Origin: Enterobacter phage phiEap-3
DNA: 64,000 bases
Sequence record: KT321315.1
Direction: 5' to 3' (one strand)
This document shows, in pieces, positions 48,746 to 59,192 of the stretch. A program made the translations under genes and the position numbers. Each line of letters begins with the position of its first letter. The stretch's first letter is position 1. Under the pieces are notes generated by a model. The model did not search any database and was not told where the DNA came from. It worked only from the letters and a program-made list of their open reading frames with translations.

Positions 48746-51700
48746 ATGGTAGCTAAATCATTCCGCGCACGAAGTGGCCTTGATGCTGCTGGTGAAAAAG
48801 TTATCAACGTTGGGAAGGCTGATCGTAATACGCTGAGTGACGGCGTTAACGTTGACTTTTTCAATGAATTTAACGGAATCCAGCAGTATGACCCGACCCG
48901 TGGTTATTCTCAAGACATGGCGATCATTTATGCGCGTCGTATCTGGTACGCAAAACAGAATATTGCTTCCCCTGCTGGGGCTTTCGACGAATCCAAATGG
49001 ATCGCAACTCGTAATGACCCGAAATGGGTTTATAGTAACGTAACCACTCCAGACGGTAGCATTATTGAATCTGGTAGTTACATTATGGCTGATGGACGCT
49101 TTACTGAACTTCTGTACCTGCTGCCGGACAACCCGACAGAGGGCGACGTAATCACGTTTAAAGATTGCGGTGGTTTAGTAGGTGTGAACAGTATCCTTGT
49201 TAAGTCTAACACCCGTCAGATCCGTTTACGTGCGGTACAATCGGCACAGTATAGACTGACCCACCCGTACATGATCGCAACGTTTATCTATAACGGTAAC
49301 GTATGGCGTGTTGCTGAAACTCTGGACAACCGTGATTCTGAGATCGTGAACGCAACCGGAACAGGTTCATTCCAGTTACAATCTGGTATGACAGTTTTCC
49401 GTAATAGTGCTACAGGTAAAATTACTCTCCAGTTGCCGAAATATGCAAATGATGGTGATGTGATCACAACCTATGACGCTGATAAAATGAACTCTATCAA
49501 CATAGCCGTTTTGCAGATTTATCCAGGTAGTGGACACACTATTTCTGATGGTGCAAGTACTGGTGTTACTTCGGTAACTAGCCAGAAATCCGGCTTTGGT
49601 ATGTTCATCTTTGATGCACAGAATAGCCAATGGAAAGTATATGATGCTGATAACCGTGTTCGTCTGCGTCGTATCTATAGTGATTTAAACGCAGTTCCTA
49701 ACGATTACGTTTTTGTTACTGCAAACCCTTCTGGGACTATACCAAACGTTACAGTTACCCTTCCAACTGATGTTGCCGATGGTGATCGCGTTTACGTATC
49801 CCTTTACATGATGGGTAAAAACCAGAACTGTACAATCAAAGTTAAAGATGGTACAACGGACAAGATCCGCACCAACAAAAATATGATGCAGTTCCCGCAG
49901 CGCAAAGATTATCCGCCTGATGATTGGTTTAGTGTAACTTCATTAGCGTTTAATGCTGGTAGCGATTACCTCCCGTATATCGAGTTTTCTTATCTGAAAG
50001 CTACGAAAGAATGGGTTGTTGCTAATTATCGTCCAATCGTTGAACGTGTTGATGCAACTAACAGATCGCGTACTGGTGTTATTGCTCTGGCTGCACAGGC
50101 AGAAGTAAACAAAAACTTGGAAGATAACCCGAACGATGAAACCGCTATTACTCCGAAGACGTTAGCAAATAAAACTGCTACTGAAACCCGTCGTGGTATT
50201 GCGCGTTTAGCGACAACTGCTGAGGTTAACAAACTTTCAACCGATACCTATCTGGATGATGTGATTGTTACCCCTAAGAAGCTGAACGAAAGAACAGCAA
50301 CTGAAACCCGTCGTGGGCTGGCAGAAATCGCAACTCAGGCAGAAACCAACGGAAGCACCGATGATATTACTATTGTAACCCCTAAAAAGTTGCATAACCG
50401 TATTGCATCGCCGACCTTGACTGGTATCCTTGCCCTTGTTGCTACTGGTGGTGCTCCTAACACTAACACGGATCGTGCTCAGGCTGGTACTGGGGTTTAT
50501 GACCATTCAGATTATCAGAAAGCGGTAACGCCTAAAACTCTTCGTGAGTATAAAGCGACTCAGTTACAATCCGGTGCTGTATGGCTGGCTTCTGAAACCG
50601 AAGTTATTAACGGTACTGTTGCAAGTTCAAACATTCCGACCGTTGTTACTCCGGAAATGCTGCACAAGAAAACCTCTACTGATGGTCGTATTGGTTTGAT
50701 CGAGATTGCTACTCAGACAGAAACCAACGCAGGGACTGATTACACGCGAGCGGTAACGCCTAAAACGCTTAACGATCGTGCTGCAACAGAAACGCTGACA
50801 GGTATCATTGCAATTGCAACCACTGCCGAAGTATCAGCAGGTACTGTAACGAATAAAGCGATCGTGCCGTCTAAACTGAAAGGTTATCTGGACGATACAA
50901 GTCATATTACTGTTGCTACTGCTGACGGATTAACTCAATCTGGTACTATCTGGACTACGGTTAACATCGGTATTCAATCAGCAACTGAAACCCAACGTGG
51001 TACTTTACGCGTTGCTACGCAGTCTGAGACGAACGCAGGGACATTAGATACAGTATTTGTCACCCCTAAGAAGTTACACGCTAAGAAAGCGACTGAGAGC
51101 GCAGAAGGTATCATTCAGGTGGCTACGGCTGCTGAAACTACTGCTGGCACCGTTGCAAACAAGGCTGTTTCTCCTAAGAACTTGAAAAATACAATTCAGG
51201 TTGATACTTCATGGCAAGCTACCGATCTGGTACGTGGTACTGTGAAGCTGTCTAAGGGGCTTGGTACTTGGTCGGGTAATGATGTGGCTGGTTCTACTCT
51301 TCCGGATGATGGTTATGCCGCTGTAGGTGTTGCTGTTTCTCCGTATGAACTGAACTTAACACTGAAACACTATCTGCCGATCGGGGCTAAAGCGGTTGAT
51401 GCTGATAAGCTGGATAACCTGGATTCTTCCCAGTTCATTCGTCGTGATGTTAATCAGACGGTTAACGGGGCATTGACTCTAACGAAAGCAACCACTGTAC
51501 AGGCTGACATTAACTCAACAGCCGACGCAAGTTTCCGGGTAATGAATGTTAGTGGAGATCTGAACGTTGGTGATGGTTCATCGATGGGTAAACTTCGTTT
51601 GAATGGTGGTTCATCTAACGACTGGTCAATTCAAGCAAGTTCAGCCTCTGGGCGTATTGCAATGATCTCAACGGGTAACACTGGCACAGTTCATCTTTCT

Positions 51701-52519
51701 GTGTATAATGATACTCGCGGCGTTGTAGCTAACGTTAAATTCCAGGCTCCTGAAATTCAGGCGATTAGCAAAGTGACGCTGGGTAATGATACAGTGATCA
51801 CGGCTGCTGGTTCTGTTCTCTCTATGGGTACGAAAAACAAGACAACTAAGATCCTAACTTCGGACGCTGGTAACATTTTGGCAGAAGAATCTGGGAACTC
51901 TTATAAAGTCTTTACTGAGAAGAACGCGCAAACCTTGCTGAATCCTACGTATGTACGTAAAGCAGGTGATACGATGTCTGGACGGTTGACGGTAAGCAAC
52001 AGTTCAATTATCATCGCAGGTCAAGCGGCTTGGTCAACGCTGGATGCAGTAACAGAAGCATCTAGGGGTAACTGGACGGCTGAGATCACAGCATCGGCGC
52101 AATACAACGTGCTTCCAGGTTATGCGGTTCCGGTTCTTGAACCTGATCCAATTAATCCGGATATCATGATTGTAACCCGTTATACCTATGTTAAAGCACC
52201 TGGTACTTTAACGCAGTTTGGTAACGGAACTGCATTCACTTATCAGATTTGGGCACCTCGTCCGACCTCCGGTGCTGGTGTTAATGCGCTGGCGCAATCC
52301 TTCTGGATCCGTCAGATGAACCCAATTACGGGTAAATTTGATGAGTGGGGCCGCATGTATACGAGCAACAACCCGCCTACTGCTGGTGAGATTGGTGCAA
52401 CGTCTGCTGTTGGTACTACAGTTAAAAACATGACTGTTACCGATTGGATCAAAGTTGGTAACGTTAGGATTTACCCAGATCCGGTTACTCAGACAGTTAA
52501 ATTTGAGTGGGTGGCATAA
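48746..52519 (+). CDS. 34: Long tail fibre proximal subunit gp34
   Basis: 'MVAKSFRARSGLDAAGEKVINVGKADRNTLSDGVNVDF...QQYDPTRGY', 'RARLGVIALA' and 'TATETRRGIARLATTAEVN' repeats; C-terminus 'IYPDPVTQTVKFEWVA' as in T4 gp34. Late promoter at 48706. Confidence 0.9.
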   Translation: MVAKSFRARSGLDAAGEKVINVGKADRNTLSDGVNVDFFNEFNGIQQYDPTRGYSQDMAIIYARRIWYAKQNIASPAGAFDESKWIATRNDPKWVYSNVTTPDGSIIESGSYIMADGRFTELLYLLPDNPTEGDVITFKDCGGLVGVNSILVKSNTRQIRLRAVQSAQYRLTHPYMIATFIYNGNVWRVAETLDNRDSEIVNATGTGSFQLQSGMTVFRNSATGKITLQLPKYANDGDVITTYDADKMNSINIAVLQIYPGSGHTISDGASTGVTSVTSQKSGFGMFIFDAQNSQWKVYDADNRVRLRRIYSDLNAVPNDYVFVTANPSGTIPNVTVTLPTDVADGDRVYVSLYMMGKNQNCTIKVKDGTTDKIRTNKNMMQFPQRKDYPPDDWFSVTSLAFNAGSDYLPYIEFSYLKATKEWVVANYRPIVERVDATNRSRTGVIALAAQAEVNKNLEDNPNDETAITPKTLANKTATETRRGIARLATTAEVNKLSTDTYLDDVIVTPKKLNERTATETRRGLAEIATQAETNGSTDDITIVTPKKLHNRIASPTLTGILALVATGGAPNTNTDRAQAGTGVYDHSDYQKAVTPKTLREYKATQLQSGAVWLASETEVINGTVASSNIPTVVTPEMLHKKTSTDGRIGLIEIATQTETNAGTDYTRAVTPKTLNDRAATETLTGIIAIATTAEVSAGTVTNKAIVPSKLKGYLDDTSHITVATADGLTQSGTIWTTVNIGIQSATETQRGTLRVATQSETNAGTLDTVFVTPKKLHAKKATESAEGIIQVATAAETTAGTVANKAVSPKNLKNTIQVDTSWQATDLVRGTVKLSKGLGTWSGNDVAGSTLPDDGYAAVGVAVSPYELNLTLKHYLPIGAKAVDADKLDNLDSSQFIRRDVNQTVNGALTLTKATTVQADINSTADASFRVMNVSGDLNVGDGSSMGKLRLNGGSSNDWSIQASSASGRIAMISTGNTGTVHLSVYNDTRGVVANVKFQAPEIQAISKVTLGNDTVITAAGSVLSMGTKNKTTKILTSDAGNILAEESGNSYKVFTEKNAQTLLNPTYVRKAGDTMSGRLTVSNSSIIIAGQAAWSTLDAVTEASRGNWTAEITASAQYNVLPGYAVPVLEPDPINPDIMIVTRYTYVKAPGTLTQFGNGTAFTYQIWAPRPTSGAGVNALAQSFWIRQMNPITGKFDEWGRMYTSNNPPTAGEIGATSAVGTTVKNMTVTDWIKVGNVRIYPDPVTQTVKFEWVA

Positions 52520-53643
52520 TGTCAAACTTAATGGCGGGGTTCGGCCCCGATTTTGTAGAAACGCAAATTCTATCGGAAACAAACAGCGTAACTTACAGAA
52601 TAACCGCAAAGGCAACACATCCCAATGCGGTTCCTAATCAGTATGAGTTTACACTAAATCAAAAGGCGGTAGGGACACCGCCTAGTGTTGGGATCAACGT
52701 ATGGAGAATTAACAATGCTATAGTTGATCCAATTAAAACCTTCACATTATCGAATGATAATTCATCGACTGCAAACAAAGCGTTTGTTGAATATATGGAT
52801 GCTCAAACTTCTGGGCTGTATTTGATAATGACTAACGGTGAATACAAAACAAGCCAAATCGTTGATGATTGGTTTGCTAAAAACAGATCCGTTATGTGGC
52901 AAGGTGCTGATTTCGCTCAGAGATTCCCAAATTCCGCATATGTTGCGTTGTATGGGGCCGCAAAATCTCGTATACTGATTGAATCGTTTTACGCAAACGA
53001 TGGAGTTTTAAAAGAAGATTCACGCGCATCAATCGATCTTGTCTATGATAATGTTGGTGATGTTGGGCGAACTGGTGTACCTTTCCGATCTGTTGAAGAT
53101 ACGGAAGAATACAATTCAACCAATGGATCTGAATATAAAGTGTATCCTGTTGCAAACCCAGTGATCTCTAAACTGGCTGATTACGGTATGGCTCCTGGAT
53201 TAGCTATGATGATTACTGGTGATTTTTACGCCAGTAAAGCATTATTGGATGCTGGATCAACAACAAGGGTTACTGTTCGATGGTTTACGGGTACTGCTCA
53301 AACTTCATCATCGGTGATTGAAGTTCCTGCAAACAAACCGGATGAGTGGTTACGATTTGAACAGTTCTATACGATCCCTAGTGGTTGTGATGGATTTAAC
53401 GTTGCTGTATCTCGTTATCCTAAACCCGCTACGGATAGTTTATCTGCGATTCGTAACTTCGTGATGGTTCAGGTATCTGCTGCCGAAGCTGATCAAAACT
53501 TTGCTGCACAGTTTGGGGTTAACGGTATCAGAATGAACAACATGATCGATGGTGGAACACCGTATATATTTGAATTGCCGAATACTAAGGTTTATCCTGG
53601 TGGCGATTATTCTGCTTCCGAATTCCGTGAAGTTGATGCATAA
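52519..53643 (+). CDS. 35: Long tail fibre hinge protein gp35
   Basis: ~375 aa versus 372 aa in T4. TAATG overlap with gp34. Lies between 34 and 36. Confidence 0.75.
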   Translation: MSNLMAGFGPDFVETQILSETNSVTYRITAKATHPNAVPNQYEFTLNQKAVGTPPSVGINVWRINNAIVDPIKTFTLSNDNSSTANKAFVEYMDAQTSGLYLIMTNGEYKTSQIVDDWFAKNRSVMWQGADFAQRFPNSAYVALYGAAKSRILIESFYANDGVLKEDSRASIDLVYDNVGDVGRTGVPFRSVEDTEEYNSTNGSEYKVYPVANPVISKLADYGMAPGLAMMITGDFYASKALLDAGSTTRVTVRWFTGTAQTSSSVIEVPANKPDEWLRFEQFYTIPSGCDGFNVAVSRYPKPATDSLSAIRNFVMVQVSAAEADQNFAAQFGVNGIRMNNMIDGGTPYIFELPNTKVYPGGDYSASEFREVDA

Positions 53644-53647
53644 ACAA

Positions 53648-53667
53648 AGGCCCGGATCATCGGGCCT
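53648..53667 (+). terminator. Stem-loop after gp35
   Basis: AGGCCCG-GATCAT-CGGGCCT. No clean T-tract; runs into the late promoter. Confidence 0.4.
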
Positions 53668-53675
53668 TATAAATA
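53668..53675 (+). promoter_or_regulatory. T4-type late promoter TATAAATA (gene 36)
   Basis: Follows the stem-loop after the gp35 stop; ~18 nt before the gp36 ATG. Confidence 0.7.
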
Positions 53676-53692
53676 TGTAAAAAGGGGTTATT

Positions 53693-54361
53693 ATGGCAGA
53701 TTTAAAAGCTGGTTCTACAGTCGGGGGTTTACCTATTTGGCACTCCGGCACATTTCCGCTGGTTCCGGTTGGTAATACTCTAACCTATCGCGGATATAAG
53801 GTTTATACTGAAAACGATAAACCGCAAGCATCAAATAACGACTTCGTTTCTAAAGCAAGCGGTGGTCAATATTTGGGTGTAGTTGCCTTTAAACAGGGGC
53901 TACAAATTAACGCTACTTTCACAGGCGGAAGTGACCAGAACGGTTTATATTCTGGTGATGGTGATGGTGCGACATTATCAAAAGCCAACATAGATCTTGT
54001 ATCATGGTACGGTATTGGTATTCGTTCATCTTCCGGAACTAATGGTCGCGTATTAGTCATCAACGCTCGAAATGGTGATTTAAACACTCAGGGTAATATC
54101 ACGGTTGAAAAACAAATCAGTATTACAACCGCTAACCCTACTGACGCAAGTCATGCAACACGAAAAAGTTATGTTGATGGTCAGATAAATACTGTCACAA
54201 CAAATGCTAATAGCAGGGTATTACGCGCTGGCGATACAATGACAGGGCTATTAACTGCCCCGCAATTCGCGAGCACAGGCGCGGCTTCCCGTCCCGAACA
54301 CGTACCACGGCTCGACCAGGTAATTACTAAAGGGACTATCATAGATTTTGGATCTTATTAA
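53693..54361 (+). CDS. 36: Long tail fibre distal connector gp36
   Basis: 222 aa versus 221 aa in T4. TATAAATA at 53668. Synteny. Confidence 0.8.
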   Translation: MADLKAGSTVGGLPIWHSGTFPLVPVGNTLTYRGYKVYTENDKPQASNNDFVSKASGGQYLGVVAFKQGLQINATFTGGSDQNGLYSGDGDGATLSKANIDLVSWYGIGIRSSSGTNGRVLVINARNGDLNTQGNITVEKQISITTANPTDASHATRKSYVDGQINTVTTNANSRVLRAGDTMTGLLTAPQFASTGAASRPEHVPRLDQVITKGTIIDFGSY

Positions 54362-54369
54362 GGTGAAAC

Positions 54370-57300
54370 ATGGCTGATTTAGCAAAAATTCAATTCCTAC
54401 GTAGCACAGTTGCGGGGAAAACACCTACTACAAGTCAGCTTGCAGATGGTGAACTGGCGATCAACATGGCTGATTATGCCATTTACACGAAAAATGGTTC
54501 TTCGATCGTTCAGTTAGCGGGTAAAGGTATCCCAGAAACAAATACCAAAAAATTAACAGTAAATGGGCCTAGTGCTCTTAATGATACCGTTACCGTAGCG
54601 GAAGGTAAAACTATTACTTTCACCAACGCGGATTTGAGCGGGGGTATGGTTCGTCATATCACTGGTAAAAACGCGCTTAACGATGGTTGGTACATCGGTT
54701 CTGGTGGTGAGAGCAATAAAGGGTTTTTAGAAATCGGTACAATTGATGACGGTGATGAAGAGATCCGTTTCGTTTCCCGTGGTTCTGGTGATACTGTTCG
54801 CCGTACTCTGAAACTTATTGATTCCGGTGGTAACACTCGCGTACCAGGTAACATCTATATTGATGAAGCTATGGGCGGTGCTGGTTCTGCTTTTATTTCA
54901 AAAAGTAAAGCATATTTCGGTGCTGGCGGTGCTGATATCTATATGCGTAACACTGCTGGCGGTGCAACAAATCAGTTAACGATCACTGATGGCGGCGAAT
55001 TGCTGTTTCAAGCAAAACCTGTATACTGGGACGGTCGTAAACCGACTTTAACCGAATTGGGGATCGGTCGGGTTGAAAACGCGCGTCAGCTTGAGCAAGA
55101 TAATTTCCCTGTAACTACTGGCAACGAAACCCGTTGGATCAAAGTTGCTCTGTTAAAAGATCCGGCTTCCGGTCAGAGTCGCTTGCAACTGATGGTGACT
55201 AACGGCGGTAACTATGGTTCTACGCGTAGTTCTATCGACTTTATTGATTGTACTGCTCGAAGCATTCCAGCGACATTAACAAGCGGTAACGTTCGTTCTT
55301 ACTTGCAAGTTCGTCGTTTAGGGGATACTGCAATTGATAATGTTAACCAGATGCGTTATAGCCTTGTTCGTACCTCAGAAGGGTTAGAACTGTGGTTTAC
55401 TCAACGCGCATTCATTGGTGGTGTTAAAGTTGCGCTGTTGTCTATCGCTGGCGGTGCTGCTACTGAATATTATCTGCCTACTGGTTACACGATTTCTGCA
55501 ACTGCTCCGGAAGGTTTGGTTGAGAGTGTGGTTATTCGTATCTATGATGAAATGAATAAGCCTAACCTTGACGATGGTACTGATGGTATTCTGTCTGTTG
55601 CTAAAGGTGGTACAGGTGCAAGTACAGCGGCTGCTGCTCGTACAAACTTAGGTTTGGGTACTGCTGCAACCCGTGATGTTGGTACAGGTTCCGGACAAGT
55701 AATGCTTGTTGGTGCTTACGGTTTGGGCGGTAAGGGTACATCATATACCGTTTCTAACGCTCGCGACTATCTGAAACAACTGCGTACTGATGGTTCTCAG
55801 TTCATGCGAAATACGCTTGGTACTGAAATTAACTATGGTATGGGCGCAAGTTTTTATAGCTCTGTATCAGATGTTCATGCGGTGATCTCGGTTGATTGGA
55901 ATACTGGACGCGTTAAAGTTGGTGCAACTAATGATGCTAACTTAAACTCAGATACCGGAAAAATCAGCTCTCAGGAACTGTACGGTACTGCATTTAAACC
56001 AACTCCGGATGACGTAGGGGCTGTTGCTCGTACTGGTGATGGTATGACAGGTGATCTGTCTATTACCAAAGTGTCTCCCGGATTCCATTTAAATGCTGAG
56101 AGCGGAAACTCCGTAATTTGGTTTAAGTATAAAGGGGTTGAAAGTGGTGCTGTGTGGGCGTTGCCTAATACTGCCTCTTCTGGTGAAGTTCGCATTCGTG
56201 CCAGAACGTCGGGCGGAACGACTGGGGGCGAATTCTCATTTAAATCAGACGGTACATTTACATCACCGGGTAATATTAACATCACATATGGTGCATTTAA
56301 CGGTCGAACTGTTAATACATCCTATGCGAACTTTAATAACACAAGTTCAACAACAACCGAACAAACCGTTTCTATTAGTGGTTCGCAGCACACTCCGCTG
56401 TTACTGAATAGACCGACTAACTCAAACTTGTCTATCGGGTTTAAACTTTCCGGAATGAACATGAAACGTTTGGGTATCGATGTAAACGGCGATATTCGTT
56501 ACGGTGAAGCCGAAAACCAGACACAAAACGCATGGCTGTTGACTTCGGATACCATAAACAGATGGAGTGTTAACTTCGGGCGTGATATTAACGTTGCAGG
56601 TGTAGTTAATTCAACTGGTGGATTTGCTGGCCCTGTTACTGCATATGATTTGACCGGGGTAACTCAGGATCTTGATGCTTTAACATTGAACAATGCCGAA
56701 CCAGGACATATTAAAGTTTATTCGTGCCGTAGTATGGGTGGCGGTGATAACATCACCAATAAACCTTCCGGCGTAGGTGGTAACTTTATTGTTATCGTTG
56801 AATGTCTCCGTAAAGTAGGCGATACTGATTACACTAACCGTCAAGTATTACGCGCATCGGACAATAAACGCAGTTGGGAACGTTGGTTTACTGTTAGCGG
56901 TACTGCTAAAGCCTGGACACCGTGGAGAATGAACGTTGTTAGCGGAAACGATGACGATGTATCATTTAAATCTGTTACCACGACTACAGGAAACCTGAAC
57001 AGTGGAAACGATCTGATTGTTGCTAACAACGCTCGCGTAGGCGGCAACTTAGGGTTAGGTGGTGCTTCTTCCACGACGTACACTGATAAAGGTGTTGTGA
57101 TTGGTAACGGTAGTGCTCTGTTAGAAACTACTGATGGTCGCGTGATTATTGGTAGTTCTGGTGCTGGTCGTGCCGTTGAATTGCGTCCTGGTGGCCCAAC
57201 TCAAACCAACAACGGGATCAAAGTGACTGCTACCTCTGGAAGTGGTGGTGATACTGCGATCGAGTATGCACAAGGGGCGAAAATTCGTTCTAATAACGGC

Positions 57301-58554
57301 GGCGCGTTGATTATTTCTGCTAAAGCAGGTCAAGCAATTTATCTGCGACCGCAAGGTGATACATCCAGCACAAACGAAACCCGTATTGATTCAAACGGTA
57401 GTATCACGGTTAACGGCAATATTAACGCTAACGGTACATTAACTTGTACTGGCGGTGCTGTTAACGGTGAACTTACTGTTAACAACGTTGGCCCGATCCT
57501 GAAAAAAGGTGTTAGAACTTATGCAGATGGTTCAGTAACTGTTAATGAAACCGACGGCATCAAGATGTTTGGCAACGGTACTATATCTGGTACTATGAGA
57601 TTAGTTGAACGTGTTAACGATACTACGTTTATTGGTCTTCAAACATCGCTTAATGCAGATACCAATGGTTGGTTTGAGTTTCACCATAACGGGATGCTTC
57701 GAGCAAACCATGCGGAACTGACAACAGGTCTTCGTGTTAAAGGTTCTCCGATTATTCAGCCAACAAGCGACAACAATGCTTGGGCGTCTATTAACTTTAG
57801 ACATACTGACGGTACTACAAATCGTGGTATTTTGTTTGCTGATGCTGCTGGTAATATCGGGTTTAGTAATATAAACGGTAAAAACGTTATATGGAACACT
57901 GGTAACTACTTTATCATTCAGCAAGGCGAACTGAACGTTGGTGTTAACAACGGTGGTACTGGTGAAGGTAACGAAGATAGAAACAAAGCCAACTTCTACA
58001 ACAAAGGTTCTATTGATTGCGCAGGTACACGCGCATATCAAGATACAAACGATAATAATCGTTGGGTTCGTGAAGTTCGTGGCGTAAGACATCTTATGCA
58101 AGGAACTGATCTTGGTTCTGAAAACATATTTGTTGAACGTGTTGGACAGCGCCATTTCCATATGCTTCATGTATTTGGGGCTAACAGTAATGGTTGGTTT
58201 GAATTCCGTAATAATGGTGATATGTCGTGTAACGGTACGTTGTACGCACAGGATGTTTATATAACTTCCGATAAACGACACAAACGTAATATCACTAAAG
58301 TTGAAAGCTCCGAAGAAATTTTGAGCAAAATGTCAGCTTATAATTACGAAGTTCGAGATCCTACAGCAGATGATGCATGGACAAAAGCAACGGGGCTTAT
58401 TGCTCAGGAAGTTCAGGAAGTTCTTCCTACTGCTGTTGATGATTCAGATCCTGAACATATTCGCTTGAACTATAACGCGATTGTTGCGGTTCTTGTAGAA
58501 CAGGTCAACAAGTTAACTGCTAAAGTTAATGAACTTGAAAGAAAACTTAATTAA
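54370..58554 (+). CDS. 37: Long tail fibre distal subunit gp37 with C-terminal S74 intramolecular chaperone domain
   Basis: The N-terminus 'MADLAKIQFLRSTVAGKTPT...ADGELAINMADY' is gp37-like. The C-terminal ~100 aa 'SDKRHKRNI...GLIAQEVQEVLP...LNYNAIVAVLVEQVNKL' match the endosialidase / T5-pb1 type self-cleaving chaperone. Confidence 0.9.
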   Translation: MADLAKIQFLRSTVAGKTPTTSQLADGELAINMADYAIYTKNGSSIVQLAGKGIPETNTKKLTVNGPSALNDTVTVAEGKTITFTNADLSGGMVRHITGKNALNDGWYIGSGGESNKGFLEIGTIDDGDEEIRFVSRGSGDTVRRTLKLIDSGGNTRVPGNIYIDEAMGGAGSAFISKSKAYFGAGGADIYMRNTAGGATNQLTITDGGELLFQAKPVYWDGRKPTLTELGIGRVENARQLEQDNFPVTTGNETRWIKVALLKDPASGQSRLQLMVTNGGNYGSTRSSIDFIDCTARSIPATLTSGNVRSYLQVRRLGDTAIDNVNQMRYSLVRTSEGLELWFTQRAFIGGVKVALLSIAGGAATEYYLPTGYTISATAPEGLVESVVIRIYDEMNKPNLDDGTDGILSVAKGGTGASTAAAARTNLGLGTAATRDVGTGSGQVMLVGAYGLGGKGTSYTVSNARDYLKQLRTDGSQFMRNTLGTEINYGMGASFYSSVSDVHAVISVDWNTGRVKVGATNDANLNSDTGKISSQELYGTAFKPTPDDVGAVARTGDGMTGDLSITKVSPGFHLNAESGNSVIWFKYKGVESGAVWALPNTASSGEVRIRARTSGGTTGGEFSFKSDGTFTSPGNINITYGAFNGRTVNTSYANFNNTSSTTTEQTVSISGSQHTPLLLNRPTNSNLSIGFKLSGMNMKRLGIDVNGDIRYGEAENQTQNAWLLTSDTINRWSVNFGRDINVAGVVNSTGGFAGPVTAYDLTGVTQDLDALTLNNAEPGHIKVYSCRSMGGGDNITNKPSGVGGNFIVIVECLRKVGDTDYTNRQVLRASDNKRSWERWFTVSGTAKAWTPWRMNVVSGNDDDVSFKSVTTTTGNLNSGNDLIVANNARVGGNLGLGGASSTTYTDKGVVIGNGSALLETTDGRVIIGSSGAGRAVELRPGGPTQTNNGIKVTATSGSGGDTAIEYAQGAKIRSNNGGALIISAKAGQAIYLRPQGDTSSTNETRIDSNGSITVNGNINANGTLTCTGGAVNGELTVNNVGPILKKGVRTYADGSVTVNETDGIKMFGNGTISGTMRLVERVNDTTFIGLQTSLNADTNGWFEFHHNGMLRANHAELTTGLRVKGSPIIQPTSDNNAWASINFRHTDGTTNRGILFADAAGNIGFSNINGKNVIWNTGNYFIIQQGELNVGVNNGGTGEGNEDRNKANFYNKGSIDCAGTRAYQDTNDNNRWVREVRGVRHLMQGTDLGSENIFVERVGQRHFHMLHVFGANSNGWFEFRNNGDMSCNGTLYAQDVYITSDKRHKRNITKVESSEEILSKMSAYNYEVRDPTADDAWTKATGLIAQEVQEVLPTAVDDSDPEHIRLNYNAIVAVLVEQVNKLTAKVNELERKLN

Positions 58555-58574
58555 GGGGCTTCGGCCCCTTTTCG
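58555..58574 (+). terminator. Rho-independent terminator after gp37
   Basis: GGGGC-TTCG-GCCCC followed by TTTT. Confidence 0.7.
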
Positions 58575-58585
58575 GAGGTTAACTA

Positions 58586-59113
58586 ATGGCTATTTCCGGC
58601 CCACTAGTTGGAAGTTCGGCGGTTAATGAAACTGGACAACGATCCATGATTCAAGCTGCTGCCGTCGTTCGACTCGGTACACCGTTTTATATGTCTCAAT
58701 TAATTGGGCGTAGCAAATGGCATTTTACTTTTGTTCCCCAGGAACGTTGGTATAACAACACTCGTTGGCGTGGTGTTTGGCGTAAAGGCGCTGATACTAA
58801 CGTATGGTACAACATTTCTGACTCTGCTTATACTATTGTTGGTGATTATAACGGTAAGCAAATAGGTACTATTGGCGCCGTTGGTGATGTAATAGAAAAC
58901 GGGTCTAACTTAACTATTTTTGATGGTCCAAATAGAAATGTTCGCATTCTCTTCACTCGTGTAGATAATAATCAACAATGGACGTTTGATTTCAGGATAT
59001 CAAGTTATATGCGTGATGGATTCAGAAACTATGATGCAATGAGTAGAGATTGGTATGGATTCTTGAATGCTAATGTGGGTGTTACTATTTCCGGAATCAT
59101 TACTGAGATCTAA
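58586..59113 (+). CDS. Hypothetical protein in gp38 position (not T4- or T2-type gp38)
   Basis: 175 aa. GGAGGT ribosome-binding site. Lies between gp37 and t. No Gly-rich adhesin motifs and no similarity to T4 gp38. Confidence 0.5.
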   Translation: MAISGPLVGSSAVNETGQRSMIQAAAVVRLGTPFYMSQLIGRSKWHFTFVPQERWYNNTRWRGVWRKGADTNVWYNISDSAYTIVGDYNGKQIGTIGAVGDVIENGSNLTIFDGPNRNVRILFTRVDNNQQWTFDFRISSYMRDGFRNYDAMSRDWYGFLNANVGVTISGIITEI

Positions 59114-59120
59114 TTTTTAA

Positions 59121-59146
59121 GGCTACCATACAGGTAGCCTTTTTTG
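59121..59146 (+). terminator. Rho-independent terminator
   Basis: GGCTACC-ATACA-GGTAGCC followed by TTTTTTG. Confidence 0.7.
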
Positions 59147-59192
59147 TTGTATCCTAAATATACCTATAGTAACCTAAGAAGAGTCTTATAAA

